A stretch of 64,000 nucleotides of DNA from Syntrophales bacterium (GTDB lineage: Bacteria > Desulfobacterota > Syntrophia > Syntrophales > PHBD01). Each line of letters begins with the position of its first letter. The first letter of the stretch is position 1. Location of the stretch: contig OY764159.1 in the NCBI GenBank assembly GCA_963668175.1, positions 3,616,001 to 3,680,000 of the forward strand, given 5' to 3'. Below, one piece after another: positions 48,950 through 60,233 of this stretch. The notes below the pieces were generated by a model, which saw nothing but the letters and a program-made list of their open reading frames with translations, was not told the DNA's origin and did not search any database. The translations under genes and the position numbers were made by a program.

Positions 48950-50029
48950 ATGGCTGATGTCGTTTTTGAAAATTTGGCGAAACATTTCGGCACGGTCAAA
49001 GCCGTTTCCGGTTTTACCGAGAGGATTGAGGACGGTGAATTCATTTCGCTGCTTGGCCCGTCAGGCTGCGGGAAGACCACTTGCCTTAGAATCGTCGCCG
49101 GCTTTGAAAAGGCCACGGCGGGCCGCGTCTACATCGGCGGCCGCCTGGTCAGTTGCTCCGAGACCAATACCTATCTCCCACCGGAAGAACGGAACATCGG
49201 CATGGTCTTTCAGTCCTATGCCGTATGGCCCCATATGAATGTATTTGCCAACGTGGCCTACCCGCTGAAAGTCAGAAAGACGCCTAAGAAAATCATACGG
49301 AAAAAAGTCGAGGAAACGCTTGAGCTTGTCCATCTCGCCGGACTGGAAAAACGCCTTCCCAGCCAGCTTTCGGGTGGCCAGCAGCAGCGGGTGGCCTTGG
49401 CCCGGGCGCTGATCGCGGAGCCTTCGCTGCTTCTGCTCGACGAACCGCTTTCCAATCTTGATGCCAAGCTCCGAGAAAGCATGCGTTTTGAAATCAAGGA
49501 CGTCCAGCGGCGCCTCGGAATCACGGTCATTTATGTGACGCATGATCAGGCCGAAGCAATGGTCATGTCAGACCGTATTATCGTCATGGACAAGGGATTG
49601 ATCCAACAGTCGGACGTCCCCAGGAAAATTTATGAATCGCCCGCCAATACGTTTGTCGCCGATTTCATCGGACTCATCAATTTCTTTGAGGCCGCCATCG
49701 TTTCCACCAGCGAAAACGAGGCCGTTGCCGAACTCGTCGGGACACCCGGTCCGGTTCGTTTAGCGTGCTCCGTAACCTCTGCGGTCCAGCCGGGAGACAA
49801 AGTGACGCTGGCATCCCGGCCCGAATCGATCATCCTGTCCGGATCGCCCGAGGAAGGCGCCATTCCCGGCCGGCTTTTGCGGAAAATATATCTCGGAAAT
49901 GAAACGGATTATCGCGTGGCGCTGGGCGACAAGGAAGTGCGTGCCACGGCCTACACCGCGGCGGACGGCTTCAGCGAAGGCAGTAACGTGTGGATGACGT
50001 TCAAGAAGACATTGATTATGAATCGTTGA
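48950..50029 (+). CDS. ABC transporter ATP-binding protein (FbpC/PotA-like with TOBE domain)
   Basis: [53 protein letters not shown] 48950. Confidence 0.95.
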   Translation: MADVVFENLAKHFGTVKAVSGFTERIEDGEFISLLGPSGCGKTTCLRIVAGFEKATAGRVYIGGRLVSCSETNTYLPPEERNIGMVFQSYAVWPHMNVFANVAYPLKVRKTPKKIIRKKVEETLELVHLAGLEKRLPSQLSGGQQQRVALARALIAEPSLLLLDEPLSNLDAKLRESMRFEIKDVQRRLGITVIYVTHDQAEAMVMSDRIIVMDKGLIQQSDVPRKIYESPANTFVADFIGLINFFEAAIVSTSENEAVAELVGTPGPVRLACSVTSAVQPGDKVTLASRPESIILSGSPEEGAIPGRLLRKIYLGNETDYRVALGDKEVRATAYTAADGFSEGSNVWMTFKKTLIMNR

Positions 50030-50051
50030 CACATGGCCGCCGGGCGACAGT

Positions 50052-50420
50052 TCATGCCCGCTTCTTCTTCGCCTTTTTAAAGGCGTCGATGTATCTCACA
50101 AGGATAGGATTCCTCTCCCCGAAACCGGATTCGAAGGCGATTCCCGTCCGGAAGAATCGGCCGCGCCCCTTCCTGCTGTATACGACGGTCCCCGTCATCT
50201 TCACAATATCCTCTTTAAGACCGATCTCCAGGAGGATGCAGCTTCCCAGCTCAAGGAGCGCATGCGTCTCCAGCAAGATGCCGCCTTCGCTGATGTCGAG
50301 CGTCCTGCCAACCCTGCCGGCGATTTCATTCTTATCCAGGTCTACACCCGTATAAGCGACCATGTTGTGCGACACATGGCGTTCATGTCTTCTCTGTTCG
50401 ACGACCTCTTTCTTTTTCAC
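50052..50420 (-). CDS. Stand-alone PilZ-domain protein (c-di-GMP receptor)
   Basis: RxxxR (RRHER) and DxSxxG (DISEGG); GTG start at 50420 after AAGGAG. Confidence 0.85.
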   Translation of the reverse strand: MKKKEVVEQRRHERHVSHNMVAYTGVDLDKNEIAGRVGRTLDISEGGILLETHALLELGSCILLEIGLKEDIVKMTGTVVYSRKGRGRFFRTGIAFESGFGERNPILVRYIDAFKKAKKKRA

Positions 50421-50561
50421 CCTGCGGTACTCCTTTGTAGAAATATGCATATCAACAATATGATTCAGACACCGGCATAAATACCGTCAAGAAGATCCGG
50501 ACGCCTGATCACGGCCTTGACTTCGCCGACAAGGGCCTGTTTACGGATCTCGGTCTCCCTG

Positions 50562-53099
50562 TTACTCTTTATAGGCGTACTTACGCTTTTTTTGTTCATA
50601 CATCAGGGCATCCGCCTGGGATATGAGATCGTCGATGGAGCCGGGCGTATCGGGATCTTTGTAAACGATACCGATGCTCATGGAAATCATGTACTCTTTC
50701 CGCTGGTGGGCGTTATGTTCGTCGATATGCTGCTGGAGTCTCCGTTTTAAGATATCGGAATCCTCCCGGGAGACGCCTCCGGCCAGTACGACAAACTCGT
50801 CGCCCCCGGTGCGGGCGATGATATCCGATTCCCGGAAGACGCCTTTGAGAATCTTCGCCGTCTCGATCAAGGCGTCGTCCCCTTGCTGATGACCAAGGGT
50901 ATCGTTGATCCACTTTAATCCATCCAGATCGGCGAACAGGAGCAGGATTCTCGTCCGCGCCCTTTCTGCGACTTTCAACTGCTTTTCCGCGAGCGTCAGA
51001 AATCCCCTTCTGTTGAAGAGTCCCGTGAGCTGATCCGTGATCGAGAGGGCCATAATCTGCTCTTCCAGCATCTTATGTTCGGTCATATCCATGGAATTCC
51101 CCAGGATAGCCGGCCTGCCTTCATAGAGAATCGACGTGACCGTTTCCATGATCCAACGAATCTCCCCTTTCTTCGATGTTATCCGGAATTCGTAGGGGGA
51201 ATTCCTGGTACCTTGCAGCATGGCACGGGCGTTTTGCCTGGCACTCTCCCGATCCTCGGGATAAACGAGCTGATTCGCCGGCTGGTCCTGCAATTCATCC
51301 TTGGTATAACCGGCAAATGTGGCGGCGTTGTCGTTGATATAACGGAATTTGCTGTCCTGTACGACATAAACCCCTGCAAAGGACCTCTCGGCGAGGGTAC
51401 GGTAAAGCACTTCCGCCGCCTGCAGGGCCTCCTCCGCCTGCTTGCGGTCGGTATTGTCCCGGATGCATTCAATGGCGGCGATCACATCTCCTCTCGAGTT
51501 GCGCAACACCGAGGCCGAGGCAGCAAGATGCGTCACGCCGCCGGGCAGATTCGGCGTATAGGATTCACCGGACAGGACATCGCCCGTCTTCTGCAGGGCG
51601 GTGTAGTATCTTTCCTTTTCCGGATCGGGATGGAGGGCCAGGTCGATCAGCATGGGTCTTATCGCACCATAGAACGGCACCGTATAGGCATGGTCCCCCT
51701 TGCCGATCATCTCCGCCGCCTTAACGCCGGTCATGACCTCCATGGCACGGTTCCAGGCAATAACTTTACCGTCCTTGTCAATCACGAACGTAGCATCGGG
51801 GAGAAACTGGATGATTTCATATAACCGTTGCTGGGATTCCTTCAATTCGTCTTCGGCGAGTCTCCTCTTGGAAATGTCGCGGAAGCTCCAGACACGGCCG
51901 ACGGGCTTCCGTTCCAGCAGCTGCGGCTGCGAATAACGTTCATAAACGCGCCCGTCCTTTAATTCCAGGACATCGAAGCTCGAATCCTCAGGATGGACAT
52001 TCAGGTCTTGGATGGTAGAGAGAAACGCATTAGGGTCCTGTAACTGTACAAGGATGTGTTTGAGTGCCAGCTCGTCATTTCGCCTCGCAAGCACATCGCC
52101 GGAAAGGTTCCATAGCCTCGCGAATTGCTTGTTGTTACCGGCAAACCGGCCAGCGCTGTCCACGACGAGAATCCCGTCCGTCGTCGATTCGAGAGTCGCC
52201 TGAATGAGCGACAGCGATCTCTTGAGTTCATCGTCAGCCCTTTTGCGATCCGTGATATCTTCCTTGAAGGCTATATAATACTTCATCTGGCCGTTCTCGT
52301 CGACGATGGAAGATATGGATGTACGCTCCCACACGCAGTTGCCGTCCTTCTTCCGGTTGAATAATTCCCCCCGCCAGACCTTACCGGCGGCAATCGTCCG
52401 CCACAGCTGTTCGTAGAGTTCCGGGGACGTGTAGCCCGATTTGAACATACGGGGATTACGGCCGATGACATCATCGAAATTGTAGCCGCTCGTCTCGGTA
52501 AATCTGGAATTGACGAACGTAATATTGCCCTGGAGATCCGTTATGATGACCGAGATGGGACTTTCTTCCACCGCCAGAAGGAACTGGCGCAGGGCTTCCT
52601 GCACCATTTTGTGATCGGTAATCTCGTGAAAGTACCAACTGCGCCCGACGTACGCCCCATCCGGCCCGTTCACCGGTGCGGAATAACAGTCCAGGGTACG
52701 GCCGTCTATCAAGACAAGTTCTTCCCTGCTTATGGACTTCCTGTCTTTGTTGAGGGCATCGATTTTGTGAAGCCACGTCGTTTTATCGGCCAGTTTGCTC
52801 AATATGTGAACAAGGAGAGGTTCCCCCGATCGCGATTCCGCCATTTCCCTGGGCACACCCCACATCTCTACGAACTTTTCGTTGTACGTAAGCATATTGC
52901 CCTGTTTGTCGATAATGAGAACGCCCTCAATATTCACTTCCTGCTGAGCCGAAAAGATGATCTCCTTTAATTTGTATTTTTCCTCCCGGTGCCGGCATTC
53001 TGCAACGGTGTTCTCCAGATCGGACAGGGAGTTGCGCAACACGGACAATTCTTCGATCAGCTGCTTTTTCGTCTTTCCCTCATCCTTCATGCCATCCAC
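50562..53099 (-). CDS. Multi-PAS diguanylate cyclase
   Basis: About five PAS domains; DQLTGL.NRR, DLDGLK.IND..GH..GD, RESD I-site, GGDEF. Confidence 0.95.
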   Translation of the reverse strand: MDGMKDEGKTKKQLIEELSVLRNSLSDLENTVAECRHREEKYKLKEIIFSAQQEVNIEGVLIIDKQGNMLTYNEKFVEMWGVPREMAESRSGEPLLVHILSKLADKTTWLHKIDALNKDRKSISREELVLIDGRTLDCYSAPVNGPDGAYVGRSWYFHEITDHKMVQEALRQFLLAVEESPISVIITDLQGNITFVNSRFTETSGYNFDDVIGRNPRMFKSGYTSPELYEQLWRTIAAGKVWRGELFNRKKDGNCVWERTSISSIVDENGQMKYYIAFKEDITDRKRADDELKRSLSLIQATLESTTDGILVVDSAGRFAGNNKQFARLWNLSGDVLARRNDELALKHILVQLQDPNAFLSTIQDLNVHPEDSSFDVLELKDGRVYERYSQPQLLERKPVGRVWSFRDISKRRLAEDELKESQQRLYEIIQFLPDATFVIDKDGKVIAWNRAMEVMTGVKAAEMIGKGDHAYTVPFYGAIRPMLIDLALHPDPEKERYYTALQKTGDVLSGESYTPNLPGGVTHLAASASVLRNSRGDVIAAIECIRDNTDRKQAEEALQAAEVLYRTLAERSFAGVYVVQDSKFRYINDNAATFAGYTKDELQDQPANQLVYPEDRESARQNARAMLQGTRNSPYEFRITSKKGEIRWIMETVTSILYEGRPAILGNSMDMTEHKMLEEQIMALSITDQLTGLFNRRGFLTLAEKQLKVAERARTRILLLFADLDGLKWINDTLGHQQGDDALIETAKILKGVFRESDIIARTGGDEFVVLAGGVSREDSDILKRRLQQHIDEHNAHQRKEYMISMSIGIVYKDPDTPGSIDDLISQADALMYEQKKRKYAYKE

Positions 53100-53395
53100 C
53101 TTTTACAGCCATCACCGACCGGGGCGCACAACGCGATCGGCCGTGTAATCATTCAACAGCGAGTCGCCCCCATCCCGTATCCCACGTCATGATTTTCGGA
53201 CACCGGCCGCAGCCCCGTCGATCAGCCGCCAGACCTATCGTTTGAATATAACCTTGCATATTTTCATATTTTTTTCAATATGATCGCTGCTTTTCCCCGC
53301 CTTCCTTGATCATGACATCCTTCTTCCGTCGGATAATGCCGACAGATCGCGGCTGCCATATCGATCTTGTGTGCGTTGACGGCTCTTTATCCGCC

Positions 53396-53445
53396 AAGAA
53401 AAAAGCGGCATACGCGTCACCGCCGTCATTGCCGCTTTTCTTCTT
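53396..53445. terminator. Putative intrinsic terminator
   Basis: AAAAGCGGCA (53401-53410) / TGCCGCTTTT (53430-53439) with A- and T-rich flanks, downstream of the YciI gene. Confidence 0.55.
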
Positions 53446-53519
53446 CTCTTATGGATGGAAGCCATAGCGCAATCGAGCCATCCATTGTTTCCCCTTTAAC
53501 TGTCTTTATGCCGCCCGGC

Positions 53520-53813
53520 CTATGCCTGCCTGACAAAGCAGGCGAATCGTTCGTCATACTTAAGTGGAGCGAACGCTATAAACTGATAATCGGCGGCTCC
53601 GTGAATCGAAAAGGGGTCTCGTTTCATTATGTCCCGCGCTTCTTCGACACTATCCACGTCGGCGATGATCACGCCTCCTACTCGCGGGTCCTGGGGACCG
53701 GAACAGACGAATTTCCTGTTTCGGTACTGCTCGTCCAGAAAGCGGCGATGCTCGACGAGTAAGGCGTCGATCTCATCCAGAGGTTTTATATATTTGCTCG
53801 TAATGACGACCAT
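53520..53813 (-). CDS. YciI-family protein
   Basis: H..FL, SGP..PR.GG.I, DPF...G.A.Y. Confidence 0.85.
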   Translation of the reverse strand: MVVITSKYIKPLDEIDALLVEHRRFLDEQYRNRKFVCSGPQDPRVGGVIIADVDSVEEARDIMKRDPFSIHGAADYQFIAFAPLKYDERFACFVRQA

Positions 53814-53909
53814 TGGCTCTCCTTTCGTATGTTCCCTGAGCGTATTCGGGAAGACCGTTTCCCAGCATTATGTCGGCGCGGAACACCGCGGCTTGCCCGG
53901 CCCCGGCAA

Positions 53910-54563
53910 CTAATAGCCAAGGTCTTCGTTAATCAGCACAATCATGATTCGGCCCTTGGGAAAGGATTTTTCCGTAACTGCCCAGACATTGCAGATTCGG
54001 TCCGGGCTCTTGCAATCCTGGCAGAACGCCGTACTCGCGCAGGGGGTCTTTTTGCCCAGCCGGACGGCGTTGATGGGCGCGGCGATATCCTTAACGCGGT
54101 TGAAAGCAGCCTCGAGATCGGGTACGATCTTGTTGCGGCCCACAGCGAGAATGACATTCTTGGGACCGAAATTGATCGCGCCGACCCGATTACCCGTGGC
54201 ATCGAGATTGACGAGTTGACCCTGTTCGGTAAGGGCGTTGGTCCCCGTGATGAAGAGATCGGCCAGAAGCCCCTGACGGCGGCGTTCATAGGATTCCTCC
54301 GGTTTGATCCCGGTCTCATAGGGATTGATGACGGTAAACGTCCCCTTCTTCAGGATGGCGTCCGTCACTCCCGTCGCTCCTATGGTCATGGACCCGCCCC
54401 AGGAAACGACCTTGGGTTTGATCTTGGGAATCAGTTTCTTTAAAATGATTTCTCCGGCCTCGGCAGCCGTCTGTGCCTGGAATACTTCAAAATTGTTCGC
54501 TTTAAGCTCCTTGGCAACGGTTGCCAGTTTTAACTGCCAGTAAGTTTCGATCGGATTCGGCAT
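53910..54563 (-). CDS. LUD-domain (lactate utilisation LutC/YkgG-like) protein
   Basis: GGSMT, AD.F.TG.NA.T..G.LVN.D..GNRV, G.NKIV, AAP.NA.RL, C....C.DC.S..RIC. Confidence 0.88.
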   Translation of the reverse strand: MPNPIETYWQLKLATVAKELKANNFEVFQAQTAAEAGEIILKKLIPKIKPKVVSWGGSMTIGATGVTDAILKKGTFTVINPYETGIKPEESYERRRQGLLADLFITGTNALTEQGQLVNLDATGNRVGAINFGPKNVILAVGRNKIVPDLEAAFNRVKDIAAPINAVRLGKKTPCASTAFCQDCKSPDRICNVWAVTEKSFPKGRIMIVLINEDLGY

Positions 54564-54876
54564 AGGTGTTCCTCCTTCTGTGTGATGTGTCTATCTCCGA
54601 GAACGCCTGTCTCAATCAGGCAGGTATGATGCGCACAGCTCCCCGCCGGGGCAAGATGATATGAAGATGATATAAACGATTCTCCTTCGGAATTCAAGTC
54701 CTTGAGTTCGTTGACCGCGCCTTCCGTCCATATCCTCATGGATCGCCGCTGTCGGCCGGTATCACGTTTTTAATGCGGGCTGTGAGCTTAATGCGGAAAA
54801 CGTTTGGATACCAGCAAGTTGTACGGCCTATGCATCTCTATTCCTCGGCTGGTCTTCTTTTCCCCCGAATTACGAT

Positions 54877-57800
54877 CTAGAGAATCTCCTTGATTTTCCG
54901 CGACAGATCGTAAATCCGGAAAGGTTTCTGAACAAAGCCCTTGCAGCCTCTCGCCATGATTTGCTGTGCCTCGCCATTGATGCTGTAGCCGCTCGACAGG
55001 ATGACTTTGATGTCGGGATTGAGTTCCATCAGGCTGTCGAAGGTCTTCCCTCCGCTCATCCCCGGCATGACCATATCCAGAATGACAAGATCGATCTCCC
55101 GGCCTTTCTCCAGATAAAGGGCGATCGCCTCCTGGCCGCTGCCCGCCGTGATAACCCTGTAACCGAGATTTTCCAGAAGCTCCTTGGTAACGGCGATGTT
55201 GCTCACCTCGTCATCCACAAGGAGGATGGTCTCTTTTCCAGTATAAATGCTCTGATCCTGGGGTTTCTCCTCGGCCGCTTCCGTCTTCTCCGAAGCGGGG
55301 AGATAGATGTTGAACGTCGATCCCCTCCCCTGTTCCGAGTAAACATTGATGAAACCGCCGTGATTCTTGACGATGCCGTAAGCGGAAGCCAGGCCCAGTC
55401 CCGTGCCCTTTCCCGGTCCTTTCGTCGTGAAGAAAGGCTCGAAGATCCGCTCTTTCGTCTTTTCGTCCATTCCTATCCCTGTGTCGGTCACGGACACCTT
55501 CACGTATCTTCCCGCAGCAACTTCGTGAGCTTTGACATCCCAGTCGCGCAGGACGACATTTCTGGTCTCGAGAAAAATGCTGCCCCCCTCGGGCATGGCC
55601 TGCCAGGCATTAATGTACAGATTGTAGAGGACCTGCTCGATCTGCCCCTGATCGGCATCCACCAGCCAGATATCTTTCTGGAACGACTTGATGATTTCAA
55701 TCTCTTTCTTGGTGCGGTTGAACACGTCGGACGATTTATCGATGAGTTGATTGAGATCCGTTGTCTTGACTTCGTACTTCCCGCCTCTGGCGAAACCCAG
55801 CAACTGCCTGGTCATATTGGCAGCGCTCGATATCTGCTCCTCGATTTTCAAGAGCCGGGGACGATGGGGATGATCCGACTTAAGATCGAGCTGCATGAGG
55901 GAAATGTATCCCTGGATCGCCGTGAGGATATTATTGAAATCGTGGGCGATACCGCCGGCCAGCGTTCCGATGGCCTCCATTTTCTGGGCCTGGATGAGTT
56001 GCTCTTCCAGTTTTTTCTGGAGCGTGATGTCCCGGATAAAAATGAGGGTGGCGGGCTTGCCTTGCCATTCGATCGTTACGCCGCTGCATTCTCCCGAGAG
56101 CAAATCCCCCGATTTCGTCAGGAACCTGGCATGATAAAGGGCAGGTACGGCTTCCCCCGTGATCCGCCGCATATGAATGTCCACAACCATGTCCCGGTCC
56201 TCGGCATGGACAAAATCGAGAAAGGACTTCCGGAGAAATTCGTCCATCGTGAAGCCGAGCAATTTTTCCGCAGTAGGATTGGCAAATTGAACGAAGCCGT
56301 TCTGGACGACCGTAATACATTCGTTGGCGTTCTCGATGAGCAGACGGTACATCTCCTCCGACCGCTTCAAAGAATCCATGGCGTTTCTTGTCGCTGTGAC
56401 ATCCGTGACAATCTCGACCGCGCCGATGATATCGCCCTGTTCGTCCTTGACCGGGTAACCGCGCAAGACCCATTGTTTACCATATGAAGAAAGTTCTTCG
56501 TAGATCTGGGGTTCTCCCGTTTCCATGGCAGACCTCGCCGGACAGAATGGACAGGCCGAATCCCGGCCGTGCACCTTGTAACAACGCCCGCCCTCGAAAT
56601 CGGAAGGAGTCAGGTGAAAGGAATCGTACATGGCCCTGTTGGCCCAGATCACCCGGTAATCGGTATCGACGTAGACGACGATTTCCGACATGACGTCCAG
56701 GATGATGGCCTTCTCGCGCTCCGATTTCCGAAGTCTGACCTCCGCTTCCCGGCGTTCCGTGATGTCCCGGGCGGCGGCATATATGAGTCTGTTCTGATAG
56801 GGAACGGCACGCCATTCTATCCATCGATAAGATCCGTCTCTCGCCCGGCAGCGGTTGACGAAGTCGACGACATGCCTGCCCCGGGTCAGTTCGGTCAGCG
56901 CCGCCTTCGTACTGGCCGTATCGTCCGGATGCGTGAGATATAGAAGCTGTTTACCCGCCAGTTCGTCCATCGTATATCCCAGCGTCTCTTCCCAGGCATT
57001 GCTTACCCGCCGGAAACAGCCGTCCGTGTCGGCAATGCAGAGCAGGTCCAGAGAGAGACTGAAGAACCGGTCAAGTTCTTCCTGCTTGAGCAGCAGGGCC
57101 TCCTCCGCTCTCTTCCTCAAAGTGACGTCCTGGACGCTTCCTTCGTAATAACGGACTCCCCCTTCGTCGTTACGTACCATCCGGGCATTGACGGACACCC
57201 ATATACGACTTCCGTCCTTGCGAAAAATTTCGTACTCGATGTTGTCGATGTACCCCTGGGTCGCAAGGAGGCCGACAAACCGCTCCCGGTCGGCGGTATC
57301 TACATAATATTGAGTTGGGATTTCAGTGATGGCGGCAATCATTTCGGCCGGCGATCCGTATCCGCACATCCTGGCCATGGCCGGATTGACATTGATAAAA
57401 CGGCCTGCCGGCGTACTTTGATAGATGCCTTCCACTGCATTCTCAAAGATGCTGCGGTACCTCTCCTCGCTCTCTTTAAGGGCCAGGGTCATTTGCATGC
57501 GCTCGGTGATGTCCCTTACATAGCCCAGCGAAGCAGGCTGTCCCTGATAGAGGATCAGGGAAGACGATATGTCGACATGGATAATGGAACCGTCTCTCTT
57601 AACCAGCCGGCATTCGTAACGGAGTTCCGCGGAATCGCCCTGTTGGCGCCTCTTGATGAACTTCCGTATCATATCGCGGTCGGCAGGATGGACTACTTGC
57701 AGCCGGTCAAGGGAAGCAAAGGCATTCCTGTCGGTATACCCCAACATCTCCATATACCGGTCATTGAAGAAGATACGGTTGTCTTCCCGGAGGATGACAA

Positions 57801-57966
57801 CGCCGTCATTGGAATGCTCGGTGGCCAGACGATAGAGTTCGTTCGTGTCCGGTAAGGTCCCGTTTGTCCGGCCTCCCTCATCGGAGAGAGGAAGGGTGTT
57901 GTCCTGAAAACGTCGCTGCTGCGGTGTCTCTTCCGGACGCTCCTGTGCCTCCCTTTCTTTGGCCAT
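54877..57966 (-). CDS. Multi-PAS hybrid histidine kinase with receiver
   Basis: About five PAS/PAC domains, [43 protein letters not shown]. Confidence 0.95.
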   Translation of the reverse strand: MAKEREAQERPEETPQQRRFQDNTLPLSDEGGRTNGTLPDTNELYRLATEHSNDGVVILREDNRIFFNDRYMEMLGYTDRNAFASLDRLQVVHPADRDMIRKFIKRRQQGDSAELRYECRLVKRDGSIIHVDISSSLILYQGQPASLGYVRDITERMQMTLALKESEERYRSIFENAVEGIYQSTPAGRFINVNPAMARMCGYGSPAEMIAAITEIPTQYYVDTADRERFVGLLATQGYIDNIEYEIFRKDGSRIWVSVNARMVRNDEGGVRYYEGSVQDVTLRKRAEEALLLKQEELDRFFSLSLDLLCIADTDGCFRRVSNAWEETLGYTMDELAGKQLLYLTHPDDTASTKAALTELTRGRHVVDFVNRCRARDGSYRWIEWRAVPYQNRLIYAAARDITERREAEVRLRKSEREKAIILDVMSEIVVYVDTDYRVIWANRAMYDSFHLTPSDFEGGRCYKVHGRDSACPFCPARSAMETGEPQIYEELSSYGKQWVLRGYPVKDEQGDIIGAVEIVTDVTATRNAMDSLKRSEEMYRLLIENANECITVVQNGFVQFANPTAEKLLGFTMDEFLRKSFLDFVHAEDRDMVVDIHMRRITGEAVPALYHARFLTKSGDLLSGECSGVTIEWQGKPATLIFIRDITLQKKLEEQLIQAQKMEAIGTLAGGIAHDFNNILTAIQGYISLMQLDLKSDHPHRPRLLKIEEQISSAANMTRQLLGFARGGKYEVKTTDLNQLIDKSSDVFNRTKKEIEIIKSFQKDIWLVDADQGQIEQVLYNLYINAWQAMPEGGSIFLETRNVVLRDWDVKAHEVAAGRYVKVSVTDTGIGMDEKTKERIFEPFFTTKGPGKGTGLGLASAYGIVKNHGGFINVYSEQGRGSTFNIYLPASEKTEAAEEKPQDQSIYTGKETILLVDDEVSNIAVTKELLENLGYRVITAGSGQEAIALYLEKGREIDLVILDMVMPGMSGGKTFDSLMELNPDIKVILSSGYSINGEAQQIMARGCKGFVQKPFRIYDLSRKIKEIL

Positions 57967-58082
57967 GACGCACCTCGCTTATCGTGAATAGCGACAGAAA
58001 CTCTCTTTTCGGACGATGCTCCCTTATAACACAACAGCACATATTGACCAAGGTCTAACTGTCGCGCATGTATTCCTTTTTC

Positions 58083-58112
58083 TTGACGCCTTCGTAACAC
58101 TTTCTCTATAAT
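58083..58112 (+). promoter_or_regulatory. Putative sigma70 promoter of bfr
   Basis: TTGACG (58083-58088), 18 nt, TATAAT (58107-58112). Confidence 0.6.
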
Positions 58113-58165
58113 GGAATATCATTTATAGATGATACTTCATGATTTAATCTACGACAGGAGGAAAC

Positions 58166-58702
58166 ATGGCTCAAAATACAAAAGACGCTCGGAAGAAAAA
58201 GATTATAGAGGTCCTGAACAAGGCGCGTTCCATGGAATTGCACGCCATCCATCAATACATGAACCAGCATTACAACCTGGCCGACATGGACTACGGCGAT
58301 CTGGCGGCCAAGATCAAACTGATCGCCATTGACGAGATGCGCCATGCCGAGATGTTCGCCGAAAGGATCAAGGAACTGGGCGGCGAGCCGACCACCGATC
58401 CGGCCGACAAGGTGCAAAAAGGACAGAAGGTGGAGACGGTCTTCATTTTCGACGCCGGCCTGGAAGACGATACGATCGACTCCTACAATCAGTTTCTACT
58501 GGTATGCAGGGAAAACGGCGACAGTATCAGCATGAAGCTCTTCGAAACCATCACCGATGAAGAACAGGCCCATTTCAACTATTTCGACAACGTGAGCGAT
58601 CACCTGAAGAAGCTCGGGGCCGCCTATCTCGCTCAAATAGCGGGAACCCCGGCGGATACCGGTGCGCCCTCCAAGGGCTTTGTCACCGGTCAGGCGGGAT
58701 AA
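58166..58702 (+). CDS. bfr: Bacterioferritin (Desulfovibrio type)
   Basis: LNKAR.MELHAIHQYM.QHY, IDEMRHAE (haem Met and ferroxidase ligands), EEQAH, C-terminal IAGTP..TG..SKGFV. Confidence 0.93.
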   Translation: MAQNTKDARKKKIIEVLNKARSMELHAIHQYMNQHYNLADMDYGDLAAKIKLIAIDEMRHAEMFAERIKELGGEPTTDPADKVQKGQKVETVFIFDAGLEDDTIDSYNQFLLVCRENGDSISMKLFETITDEEQAHFNYFDNVSDHLKKLGAAYLAQIAGTPADTGAPSKGFVTGQAG

Positions 58703-58715
58703 GCGGTACCGTCAA

Positions 58716-58907
58716 TCCCCGTCTTCCGATGCCGGGGCTGCCCTCTCCTTCCTTGCATCAGAGGAGGAGATGATACTCTTTTACCTGGAATGAAGCGAAG
58801 AAGGCTCTTTCAACGGGGAGAACGCTTTTCTTACCAAGCGTCTGATCGCGGAGGAGCGCACCCGCCTGAAAAAGCTCGTTGCTCTGAGCGGGGGCATGAT
58901 ATTTTGA
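58716..58907 (+). pseudogene. Degraded C-terminal fragment of a ferritin/rubrerythrin-like gene
   Basis: One frame reads DAGAALSFLASEEEMILFYLE*SEEG...KRLIAEERTRLKKL, resembling A...EK.SILFY...II.EE..H...L; internal TGA at 58791. Confidence 0.4.
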
Positions 58908-58966
58908 ATGAACCACGATGGTCGACCGGGACCACGATTCACCGCACAACAGCCAAGGAGTGATGG

Positions 58967-59491
58967 ATGAAAGAAAGGATAAACGCCCTGGAGACGGCCT
59001 TGAAGAATGAAAAGGCGGAACGCGATTTCTATATCAAGCATGCGGAAGAGACCAGGAATCTTTTCGGCAAGAGGCTCTTCGAAAGAATTGCCCGCGAAGA
59101 AACGGAGCATATGGAATCCATAGGCAAACTTCACGGGCAGTGGAAAGCAGCGGGGAAGTGGCCCGCCACCCTGCCCTTGACCGTGCAGGGCACGGAAGTC
59201 AGGACGTTGATCAAGGAAATAAAGAGGCAGGCCGCCGAGATCCCGGCGGGTACCGACGACGACCTTAAAGCGGTCCGTATCGCCCTCGACTTTGAAGCCA
59301 AAGGCAGGGATTTCTATGCGGCCTTGAGGGACCTGTCCGAGGATGAAAAGGAGAAAGACTTTTTCGACCTTCTTTCGCGCATAGAGAACGATCATTTCCA
59401 GTCCCTGAAGGAGACCGAGGAGTTTCTGGTCGACCCGGCGGCGTGGTACCGGAAGAGAGACGTATCCGGCTGGCTTGATGGCGGAGCGTAA
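58967..59491 (+). CDS. Ferritin-like / rubrerythrin-family diiron protein
   Basis: Two repeats of AL..E....FY ... ExxH (REETEH, IENDH); no rubredoxin domain. Confidence 0.88.
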   Translation: MKERINALETALKNEKAERDFYIKHAEETRNLFGKRLFERIAREETEHMESIGKLHGQWKAAGKWPATLPLTVQGTEVRTLIKEIKRQAAEIPAGTDDDLKAVRIALDFEAKGRDFYAALRDLSEDEKEKDFFDLLSRIENDHFQSLKETEEFLVDPAAWYRKRDVSGWLDGGA

Positions 59492-59620
59492 CGAACAGCG
59501 TATCACCGTTGTCCGCAGCCCCTCGATATGGGCGCACTCCGACCTTGTTACGAGCGTGTATATTCCGCATGCCGGATACCCGGGCGCCGCACCGTTTAGA
59601 TTTTTTTACCGAATACCGCC

Positions 59621-60028
59621 TTAAACCTTGAACTCGGTGAGCCAGAGGTCGTGGAGATTACAGAAGCTTGTCGCCCAAAGGTTTCCGTGGAAACCGTCCA
59701 TGAGCTCGTAGTATGACGTAGGGGGAGCCGGATCCGTATAGGCGAAAGTCTTTTCTCCAAGAACGAGACCGTCTTCCGTCAGCAATTCGTGCTTGACAAT
59801 GTAATGTTGCAGACTCATCGGATGGTTTGTGACGATCTTCACCCTACCGGCCTCCATGGTGACGACCGGGGCATGGCTATTGACGATATTTATCCATCTT
59901 CCTGGATTATCCCGCGTATAGATCAGTCCTGGAGGGAATTTCGAGGCCGCATCCGCCCGTATAGCCGATCCCGCGATGAGCGTACCAACGGCCAATACAG
60001 ATCCTTTCAAAAACGCCCTTCTCTCCAT
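59621..60028 (-). CDS. Tat-exported superoxide reductase (1Fe-SOR/desulfoferrodoxin catalytic domain)
   Basis: ERRAFLK twin-arginine signal; HAP, HPM...HYI, CNLH.LW iron ligands. Confidence 0.85.
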   Translation of the reverse strand: MERRAFLKGSVLAVGTLIAGSAIRADAASKFPPGLIYTRDNPGRWINIVNSHAPVVTMEAGRVKIVTNHPMSLQHYIVKHELLTEDGLVLGEKTFAYTDPAPPTSYYELMDGFHGNLWATSFCNLHDLWLTEFKV

Positions 60029-60233
60029 GCTGTTCTCCTTTCTGGCCCGACGGCGGAACGGTTCATGGGCACCCCGCTTCGGCGGTCATGCCGGAGACAG
60101 AGGTAAAGCTCCATGCCCCTGTAAACAGTCTGTGCCCATGAATGCCTTCCACCCTTTAAATGATCAGATTTTTCTCAAACGCCCTCTGCCACGCCTTATG
60201 CATATCCTCCGCACTCGGCCATATTACTCGTTC

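Noticed and set aside
54961..56487. 508-aa plus-strand ORF
   Set aside because: Antisense shadow of the kinase 54877..57966; no motifs; expected in GC-rich coding DNA
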